Assembly: GCA_021162685.1 (NCBI GenBank) | Contig: JAGGYF010000036.1 | Location: 1 to 36,339, forward strand | Direction: 5' to 3' | DNA length: 36,339 nt | Source of the DNA: Candidatus Iainarchaeum sp. | Lineage (GTDB): Archaea > B1Sed10-29 > WALL01 | Part shown: positions 24,934-36,339 of the stretch, one piece after another | Numbering within the stretch: the stretch's first letter is position 1 | Layout: each line of letters starts with the position of its first letter | Program-made: the position numbers and the translations under genes | The notes under the pieces: model-generated | What the model saw: the letters and a program-made list of their open reading frames with translations, nothing else | Told to the model about the DNA's origin: nothing | The model's database searches: none

Positions 24934-26754
24934 ATGATGGAAGAAGAAGTTGCTAATGTTTATCTCAATGGAAAACTCATTGGTTTTCACTCAAAGCCAG
25001 AGGAATTTGTGGAAACTGTAAGAAAACGAAGAAGAAAAGGGGAACTACCATCTGAACTTAATGTGGCGTACTACCCACAAACAGGAGAGATATACATAAA
25101 TACAGATGCTGGAAGAGCAAGAAGACCATTGATAGTTGTTGAGAACGGAAAACCAAAACTAACAAAAAAACATATACAAGACCTAAAGCATGGAAAGATC
25201 ACCTGGTCAGATCTTGTAAAGGAGGGTGTTGTTGAATTCCTTGATGCTGAAGAAGAAGAGAATGCGTACATTGCAGTTGATGAAGACTCACTTACAGAGG
25301 AGCACACACACATGGAGATACACCCTGCCCTAATTCTCGGTGTTGTGGCTGCAACTGCCCCATTCCCTCATCACAATTCATCCCCAAGAGTTACAATGGC
25401 ATGCGCAATGCTTAAGCAAGCACTTGGGGTATACCAAACAAACTTTAATGTTAGGATGGACACGCAGGCACACATTATGCATTATCCACAAAAACCAATA
25501 AGTATAACGAAGATTGCGAAAAAGGTTGGTATTGCTGAGAGACCAGCTGGACAGAACATGGTTGTCGCTGTTATGCCATACTATGGATATAACATGGCAG
25601 ATGCCATCATCATAAACAAGGCATCAATTGAGAGAGGACTTGGGAGAACAACATTCTACAGAACATACGTCTCAGAGGAGAGAAGATACCCTGGTGGGCA
25701 GAAGGACAGATTTGAGATACCAAAACCAGAGATACAGGGATACAGGGGAGACCAAGCATATAGGTTCCTTGGTGAGGACGGAATCATAGAACCAGAATGT
25801 GAAGTTAAAGGAGGAGATGTACTAATAGGAAAAACATCACCACCAAGATTCCTTGAAGAAGTTGGAGAGCTGAGTATGATTGAAGAGAAGAGAAGGGAAA
25901 ACTCAGTTACAATGAGGCCAGATGAACATGGGGTTGTAGATAAGGTTATAATCACAGAGGCAACAACAGGTAACAAACTTGTTAAGGTAAGAGTGAGAAC
26001 ATTGAAAATTCCAGAAATCGGAGATAAGTTTGCATCAAGACATGGACAAAAGGGTGTTGTTGGACTGATTGTGCCTCAACATGATATGCCATTTAATGAG
26101 CATGGTATAAGTCCTGATCTGATAATGAACTCCCATGCGATTCCATCAAGAATGACCATTGGGCACGTGCTTGAGCTGCTTGGAGGAAAAGCAGCATGCT
26201 TTAAGGGAAAAGAGGTTGATGCAACAGCATTTGAGAAGCTTGATGAAGAGGATATAGAAAAAGAACTGGCGAAATATGGATTCAGGCCAGACGGAAAAGA
26301 GATAATGTATGATGGGATAACAGGGGAAATGATTGAGGCGAAGATATTTGTTGGAGTAACATACTACCAGAGGCTAAAACATTTGGTTTCAAATAAGATG
26401 CATGCACGTTCAAGAGGTCCTGTCCAAATATTGACAAGGCAACCGACAGAAGGTAGGGCAAGAGAAGGAGGATTGAGATTTGGAGAGATGGAAAGAGACA
26501 CACTAATAGGGCATGGAGCATCAATGCTGTTACTTGAGAGATTACTAAAAGAATCCGATGTAGTTACAGAACTGATATGTGAAAATTGTGGCTCAATAGC
26601 AATTGACGACCAGATAAGAAAGAAGAAGTATTGTACGGTGTGTGGAAGTACAAAAGTGAGCCCAGTTGAGATGAGTTATGCATTCAAGTTACTATTGAAT
26701 GAACTAAGGGCTCTTTGTATAAGGCCGAGGGTTGTGTTGGAGGATAAGGCATAG
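24934..26754 (+). CDS. rpoB1: RNA polymerase subunit B' (Rpo2C)
   Basis: [24 protein letters not shown]-terminal Zn ribbon. Confidence 0.97.
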   Translation: MMEEEVANVYLNGKLIGFHSKPEEFVETVRKRRRKGELPSELNVAYYPQTGEIYINTDAGRARRPLIVVENGKPKLTKKHIQDLKHGKITWSDLVKEGVVEFLDAEEEENAYIAVDEDSLTEEHTHMEIHPALILGVVAATAPFPHHNSSPRVTMACAMLKQALGVYQTNFNVRMDTQAHIMHYPQKPISITKIAKKVGIAERPAGQNMVVAVMPYYGYNMADAIIINKASIERGLGRTTFYRTYVSEERRYPGGQKDRFEIPKPEIQGYRGDQAYRFLGEDGIIEPECEVKGGDVLIGKTSPPRFLEEVGELSMIEEKRRENSVTMRPDEHGVVDKVIITEATTGNKLVKVRVRTLKIPEIGDKFASRHGQKGVVGLIVPQHDMPFNEHGISPDLIMNSHAIPSRMTIGHVLELLGGKAACFKGKEVDATAFEKLDEEDIEKELAKYGFRPDGKEIMYDGITGEMIEAKIFVGVTYYQRLKHLVSNKMHARSRGPVQILTRQPTEGRAREGGLRFGEMERDTLIGHGASMLLLERLLKESDVVTELICENCGSIAIDDQIRKKKYCTVCGSTKVSPVEMSYAFKLLLNELRALCIRPRVVLEDKA

Positions 26755-26765
26755 GTGGTGGGCAA

Positions 26766-30826
<4,061 letters not shown>

Positions 30827-30830
<4 letters not shown>

Positions 30831-31231
30831 AACTCAGCATGGAAGAGATTGGGTACATCAACCTTGTTGAGAGTATGACTGGAGCCCATGTCAAGGATTG
30901 CATCATAAATGGAAATGAGATTGTTATTGTAGTAAAAGAGGGAGATATGGGGCTCGTTATAGGCAAAAAAGGGGAATCTATAAATAGAGTAAAAAAGAAA
31001 ATAGGTAAGAAGATCTCTGTGGTGGAATATTCAAAAGACCCAGAAAAATTCGTCAGGAACCTTTTCTATCCTGCGAAGATAGAAGGAGTAACAATTGAAG
31101 GCAACCGTGCACTAGTGAAAAGCAGTGAAAGCAAGCGTCTAATAGGCAGAAATGGGAAAAGAATAAAAAGGGCAAAAGAACTAATGTCACGGCATCACGG
31201 GATTGAGAATATTATTGTAGAACAGGTGTAG
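30827..31231 (+). CDS. nusA: Archaeal NusA (two KH domains)
   Basis: IGKKGESI and IGRNGKRI KH loops; GTG start overlapping the L30e stop. Confidence 0.93.
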
Positions 31232-31240
31232 GTGTGTTAT

Positions 31241-31666
31241 ATGCCAGGTGAGTTTGCAGCATCAAAACTTAAGAAGAAGAGGAAAAAGTTTAGATGGAAG
31301 GATAAAGATTACAAGAAGAAAAAACTTAAACTTAAGAAGAAGCATGACCCACTTGGTGGTGCACCACAAGCAAGAGGGATAGTTCTACAAAAGGTTGCAC
31401 TTGAAGCAAAGCAGCCAAACTCAGGATTAAGAAAATGTGTTCGTGTTCAATTAATAAAAAACGGGAAGCAAATTACTGCATTTGCCCCGCGTGATGGAGC
31501 AATAAACTTTATAGAAGAACACGATGAAGTGATTGTTGAAAAGTTGAGAGCATCAAAGCGAGGTACACTTGGAGACCTGCCTTCTGTCAGATGGAAGGTC
31601 ATAAAGGTGAACAATGTACCTCTTGAGATGATGAGAAGAGGAAAGAGGGAGAAGCCAACAAGGTGA
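31241..31666 (+). CDS. rps12: 30S ribosomal protein S12 (uS12)
   Basis: [17 protein letters not shown]. Confidence 0.97.
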   Translation: MPGEFAASKLKKKRKKFRWKDKDYKKKKLKLKKKHDPLGGAPQARGIVLQKVALEAKQPNSGLRKCVRVQLIKNGKQITAFAPRDGAINFIEEHDEVIVEKLRASKRGTLGDLPSVRWKVIKVNNVPLEMMRRGKREKPTR

Positions 31667-31670
31667 TCTC

Positions 31671-32267
31671 ATGTTAGTATTTGATAAATGGGATACGAGT
31701 GAAGTGAAGGTTACAGACCCAGGATTAGCAAAGTACATAAACCTTAATGAGTTTGTTACATTCCATACCCATGGAAGGCATGCAGCAAGGCAGTTCGCAA
31801 AAAGCAATATCTCCATAATAGAGCGATTGATAAATAATGTAATGAGGTCTGGTTCTGGAAGAAAGGTTGGTGGAAAACTTATAGATGGAAGGCTCGGATG
31901 CGGTAAAAAGAGCAAGGCAATAAAATGTGTTAGAGAGGCATTTGAGATAATACACAAAAAAACTGGAAAGAATCCAATTCAGGTTTACATAAAAGCACTT
32001 GAAAATGCCGCACCACGAGAAGAAACAACAAGGGTTAAGATGGGTGGCATAACAAGGCTCATTTCTGTTGACATCTCACCACAGAGAAGGATTGATTTTG
32101 CCCTTAGGAATATATGCGTCGCAATGCTTGGAAAGAGTTACAAAAGCAAAAAGAGCAGGGCAGAGGCATTAGCAGACGAGCTAATTGCAGCAGCAAACAA
32201 TGACACAAGCAGCCTTGCAATATCCAAAAAGGTTGAGATAGAAAGGGTCGCAAAAGGAGCAAGATAA
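31671..32267 (+). CDS. rps7: 30S ribosomal protein S7 (uS7)
   Basis: [21 protein letters not shown]. Confidence 0.97.
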   Translation: MLVFDKWDTSEVKVTDPGLAKYINLNEFVTFHTHGRHAARQFAKSNISIIERLINNVMRSGSGRKVGGKLIDGRLGCGKKSKAIKCVREAFEIIHKKTGKNPIQVYIKALENAAPREETTRVKMGGITRLISVDISPQRRIDFALRNICVAMLGKSYKSKKSRAEALADELIAAANNDTSSLAISKKVEIERVAKGAR

Positions 32268-32277
32268 AGGTGAAAAT

Positions 32278-34473
32278 ATGGGAAGAAGAGAGGAAATGGT
32301 TGAGAGGATAAAGAAGCTCATGACAGACATAGAGCATATAAGGAACATAGGTATTGTTGCACATATAGACCATGGAAAAACAACAATGACCGACAACCTA
32401 ATTGCTGGCGCGGGCATGATGTCTGAAGAGCTTGCTGGAAAGCAGCTTGTCATGGACTTCCATGAGGATGAACAGGAGAGAGGAATTACAATAAACGCAG
32501 CAAACATCTCCCTTGTTCATAATTATGATGGTCAAGATTTCCTTGTAAACATCATTGATACACCTGGACACGTTGACTTCTCTGGTGATGTCACAAGAGC
32601 CATGAGAGCAGTTGATGGTGCTGTTGTTGTTGTATGTGCTGTTGAAGGAGTTATGCCACAAACAGAGACAGTATTGAGGCAAGCACTAAAAGAGAGGGTA
32701 AAACCTGTATTGTTCATAAACAAGGTTGATAGACTCATAAACGAATTGCAGGTAACACCAGAGGACATGCAGAAACGGTTTGTTAAGGTAATCACAAGGG
32801 TTAACAAGATCATAAGTAAGTTGGCACCACAAGAATTCAAAGAGAGTTGGCAAGTAAACCCAGAGAAGGGAACAGTATGTTTTGGCAGTGCATACAATAA
32901 TTGGGCAATATCTGTCCCATTCATGAAGAAAACAAATATTACATTCAAGGATATTTACGAGCATTGCAAGAATAATGATCAAAAGACACTAGCCAAAAAG
33001 ATTCCATTGCACGAAGCTGTGCTTGAGATGGTGTTTCACCATTTGCCAAATCCAAAGGAAGCACAAAAATACAGAATATCTACAATATGGAGAGGAGATC
33101 CAGAAAGCGAGATAGGAAAGGCAATGAGAGAGTGCAGACAGGATGGTCCATTAGCGATGATGATCACAGATATCACTATTGATCCACATGCGGGGCCCAT
33201 TGCAACTGGAAGGATCTTTGCTGGGTATATCCAAAAGGGAATGAAGGTAAAACTCTCAAATGCAGCAGTTGAGAATACAGTACAACAAGTTGGAATATAC
33301 ATGGGCGCGGAGCGCATCAATGTTGAAAAGATTACTGCTGGAAATATAGCAGCAGTAACTGGATTAAGAGATGCATACGCAGGAGAAACCATCTCAACAG
33401 AGGGCATAGAGAGTTTTGAGGCGATGAAACACTTCTCAGAACCTGTGATAACAAAATCCATTGAAGCAAAAAATACTGCTGACCTACCAAAACTCATAGA
33501 GGTTTTGAGGCAAGTTGCAAAAGAGGACCCAATGATAAGAGTTGAGATAAATGAGGAAACCGGGGAACATCTGATCTCTGGTATGGGTGAGCTCCATCTT
33601 GAAGTTATTGAGGATAGAATAAGGAGAGAGAAAAAACTTGATGTAGAGACCTCGCCTCCAATTGTTGTATATAGGGAGACTGTTACACAAAAATCTCCTG
33701 TCATGGAAGGAAAATCTCCAAATAGACATAATAGATTCTATATAGAGGTATCTCCTCTTGAGGATAATGTTTACAAAGCAATTGAAGATGGAAAGATAAC
33801 AGAGAAAGACCTGAAAAACCCAAAAGAGCTATCAAAGAAGCTTGTTGAATTGGGTATGGACAAGGAAGAAGTAAAAAAACCGTGGGCAATATACAACAAG
33901 AATCTGTTACTGGATTGCACAAAAGGTATTGTACATCTTAACGAAACAAAAGAGCTTATCATACAAGGGTTCAAAGAAGCTATGGATAAGGGCCCATTAG
34001 CAAATGAAAAATGCACTAAGCTTAAGGTGAAGCTCGTTGATGCAAAACTACACGAAGATGCAATACACAGAGGTCCATCCCAAGTACTTCCAGCGATCAG
34101 AAAACCAATATATGCAGCCATGCTAAAAGCAGGTGCAATCCTTCTTGAGCCAAAACAAAATGTATTCATTAACGTACCTCAGGAATTAATGGGGGCTGTA
34201 ACAAAGGAGATGCAATCAAGGAGAGGACAGATCTTATCAATGGAGCAAGAGGATGAGCAGATAATTATAAAGGCAAAAGCGCCCATTGCAGAAATGTTTG
34301 GGTTCTCTGGTGATATAAGGAGTGCAACTGGTGGAAAAGCAATATGGAGCACAGAATATGCAGGATATGAGAAATTACCAAATGAACTGCAACAGAAGAT
34401 TATAAAACAGATAAGGGAGAGAAAAGGACTTAAACCAGAACCTCCAAAATACACAGATTTCATGGAACCTTAG
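32278..34473 (+). CDS. fusA: Translation elongation factor EF-2
   Basis: [21 protein letters not shown], diphthamide loop HEDAIHRG. Confidence 0.98.
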   Translation: MGRREEMVERIKKLMTDIEHIRNIGIVAHIDHGKTTMTDNLIAGAGMMSEELAGKQLVMDFHEDEQERGITINAANISLVHNYDGQDFLVNIIDTPGHVDFSGDVTRAMRAVDGAVVVVCAVEGVMPQTETVLRQALKERVKPVLFINKVDRLINELQVTPEDMQKRFVKVITRVNKIISKLAPQEFKESWQVNPEKGTVCFGSAYNNWAISVPFMKKTNITFKDIYEHCKNNDQKTLAKKIPLHEAVLEMVFHHLPNPKEAQKYRISTIWRGDPESEIGKAMRECRQDGPLAMMITDITIDPHAGPIATGRIFAGYIQKGMKVKLSNAAVENTVQQVGIYMGAERINVEKITAGNIAAVTGLRDAYAGETISTEGIESFEAMKHFSEPVITKSIEAKNTADLPKLIEVLRQVAKEDPMIRVEINEETGEHLISGMGELHLEVIEDRIRREKKLDVETSPPIVVYRETVTQKSPVMEGKSPNRHNRFYIEVSPLEDNVYKAIEDGKITEKDLKNPKELSKKLVELGMDKEEVKKPWAIYNKNLLLDCTKGIVHLNETKELIIQGFKEAMDKGPLANEKCTKLKVKLVDAKLHEDAIHRGPSQVLPAIRKPIYAAMLKAGAILLEPKQNVFINVPQELMGAVTKEMQSRRGQILSMEQEDEQIIIKAKAPIAEMFGFSGDIRSATGGKAIWSTEYAGYEKLPNELQQKIIKQIRERKGLKPEPPKYTDFMEP

Positions 34474-34525
34474 ATAATATTAATAAACTTTAAAAACAAA
34501 AAATAAGGAGAGTTGGTGATAGAGT

Positions 34526-35794
34526 ATGGCAGACGATAAACCTCACTTGAACCTTGTGTTCATCGGACACGTAGACCATGGAAAGTCTACACTAGTCGGC
34601 AGGATCCTGTATAATACAGGGGCTGTTGACGAAAACACAATGAGAAAGCTTAAAGAAGAGGCAGAAAAGCTAGGGAAGGCAACATTCGAGTTCGCATTCG
34701 TCATGGACCGATTGAAGGAAGAGAGGCAGAGAGGTCTAACCATTGACCTGGCACACAAGGACTTTAAAACAAGCAAGTATTATTTCACAATCATTGATGC
34801 ACCAGGTCACAGAGACTTCGTAAAGAATATGATTACAGGAGCCTCTCAAGCAGATGCAGCAGTACTGGTTGTTGATGTTGCAAGTGGCGTACAACCACAA
34901 ACAAAGGAACACGCATTCCTAGCAAGAACACTGGGTATCAAGCAGCTCATTGTAGCAATAAACAAGATGGATGCAGTGAACTTTGATCAGGCAAAGTACA
35001 ATGAAACAAAGTCACAGGTAGAGAACCTATTAAAGACAATTGGTTATGATACAAGCAAGATACCGTTCATACCAACATCTGCATACGCAGATGCAAATGT
35101 TACATCAAAGAGTGACAAGACACCGTGGTACAATGGTCCATCACTCATAGATGCACTGAATGCTCTAGAAGTTCCACCAAAACCAATGGACAAACCATTG
35201 AGATTGCCTGTGCAGGATGTATATAACATCACAGGTATTGGTACAGTACCTGTTGGTAGAGTAGAAACAGGTGTTTTGAAGGTTGGTCAACAGGTAATAG
35301 TAATGCCATCCGGTGCAAAAGGAGAAGTAAAGAGTATTGAGATGCACCACCAACCAATGCAACAGGCAGAACCAGGAGACAATGTTGGTTTCAATATAAG
35401 AGGTATCGGAAAGAACGATGTTAAGAGAGGAGATGTTGTCGGACCAGTTGAACACCCACCAACAGTTGCAAAGGAATTCACCGCACAGATTGTTATTTTG
35501 CAACACCCAAGTGCAATCACAGCAGGTTATACACCAGTATTCCACTGCCACACAGCACAGGTTGCATGTACAATATCAGAACTAATAAAGAAATTGGACC
35601 CAAGAACAGGACAAGTAGTTGAGGAAAATCCAAAGTTCCTCAAAACAGGTGACGTAGCAGTTGTTAAAGTAATACCAACAAAGCCAATGGTAATAGAGAG
35701 TTCAAAGGACTTCCCACAGCTAGGAAGATTCGCAGTCAGAGATATGGGAATGACAGTTGCAGCTGGTATGGTTTTAGAGGTAACACCAAAGTAA
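34526..35794 (+). CDS. tuf: Translation elongation factor EF-1 alpha
   Basis: [21 protein letters not shown]. Confidence 0.98.
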   Translation: MADDKPHLNLVFIGHVDHGKSTLVGRILYNTGAVDENTMRKLKEEAEKLGKATFEFAFVMDRLKEERQRGLTIDLAHKDFKTSKYYFTIIDAPGHRDFVKNMITGASQADAAVLVVDVASGVQPQTKEHAFLARTLGIKQLIVAINKMDAVNFDQAKYNETKSQVENLLKTIGYDTSKIPFIPTSAYADANVTSKSDKTPWYNGPSLIDALNALEVPPKPMDKPLRLPVQDVYNITGIGTVPVGRVETGVLKVGQQVIVMPSGAKGEVKSIEMHHQPMQQAEPGDNVGFNIRGIGKNDVKRGDVVGPVEHPPTVAKEFTAQIVILQHPSAITAGYTPVFHCHTAQVACTISELIKKLDPRTGQVVEENPKFLKTGDVAVVKVIPTKPMVIESSKDFPQLGRFAVRDMGMTVAAGMVLEVTPK

Positions 35795-35830
35795 AGCCCT
35801 TCGGGGCTTCCTAACCCCATTTTGTTTTTT
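35794..35830 (+). terminator. UUCG hairpin and T-tract after tuf
   Basis: AAGCCC-TTCG-GGGCTT followed by TTTTGTTTTTT. Confidence 0.55.
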
Positions 35831-35842
35831 AGGTGAAGAATA

Positions 35843-36151
35843 ATGCAGATTGCAACAGTAAAGCTCACAGGACCTGATTATAAGAAGTTGGATATGGTAT
35901 GCAACCAGATAAAGGAGATTTGTAAAAAGACCGGTGCAAAGGTATCCGGGCCAATTCCCCTACCAACGAAAAGATTGCATATCCCAACAAGAAAGAGTCC
36001 ATGTGGCGACGGCTCAGAGACTTATGAGCACTGGGAGATGCGCATCCACAAACGCCTTCTGAACATAGAAACAGATGAGAGAACCTTACGCCAAGTAATG
36101 CGTGTCCAGGTTCCAGACCAGGTTCATATTGAAATAGAGCTAAAAGAATAG
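35843..36151 (+). CDS. rps10: 30S ribosomal protein S10 (uS10)
   Basis: GPIPLPTK, RKSPCGDG, MRIHKRL. Confidence 0.97.
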   Translation: MQIATVKLTGPDYKKLDMVCNQIKEICKKTGAKVSGPIPLPTKRLHIPTRKSPCGDGSETYEHWEMRIHKRLLNIETDERTLRQVMRVQVPDQVHIEIELKE

Positions 36152-36188
36152 ATTACTTTTTAAATCTCTAATTCTCTAAACATTAAAA

Positions 36189-36299
36189 CAGCCTTTTTCC
36201 GCTTCAGGCGGAAAAAGCCTGGGGAAGTATAACCATGTTCGCCCTGCCGGCGAACAAGGACGCCTTCGGCGCATGCTTAAAAGATCCCACTATTAGAAA
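36189..36299. mobile_element. Second copy of the three-hairpin element found at 5130-5242
   Basis: 83/84-nt core differs by one indel and one substitution; tail ends in CACTATTAGAAA. Confidence 0.85.
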
Positions 36300-36306
36300 A
36301 CCATAA

Positions 36307-36321
36307 GCTGGGGTCGCATAG
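36307..36321 (+). other. Probable tRNA-Ser 5' fragment interrupted by a repeat element
   Basis: GCTGGGGTCGCATAG resembles an archaeal tRNA-Ser 5' end, and tRNA-Ser often follows rps10; it continues into CCCAAATTACATATGGG instead of a D-loop. Confidence 0.5.
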
Positions 36322-36339
36322 GCCCAAATTACATATGGG

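Overview
Archaeal chromosomal window, probably from a small-genome DPANN-type lineage (inferred from compact genes, split rpoB and rpoA, and BHB-type tRNA introns). The left half carries housekeeping and metabolic genes: DGGGP synthase, Lrp-trkH-trkA, Nudix, flavodoxin, MscS, DUF116, MBL hydrolase, NTPase, M29 peptidase, rpiA-tpiA-prs and rpe. The right third is the conserved rpoH-B''-B'-A'-A''-L30e-nusA-S12-S7-EF2-EF1a-S10 cluster. Eight intact tRNA genes are present (four with introns, one of these with two), plus a 3' tRNA-Glu-like fragment and a 5' tRNA-Ser-like fragment. The most unusual signal is that most tRNA genes carry integrase-free accessory DNA. (i) A ~60-nt hairpin element sits at the identical nucleotide (after nt 17) of both tRNA-Pro genes, with 32- and 39-bp duplications. 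Relatives lie inverted behind tRNA-Leu and possibly inside the tRNA-Asp intron. (ii) A second multi-hairpin element occurs twice, 31 kb apart. (iii) Toxin-antitoxin mini-islets are bounded by 12-13 bp copies of tRNA 3' ends. No integrase, transposase, reverse transcriptase or cas gene is recognisable in the window. All calls were made by eye, with no database search.
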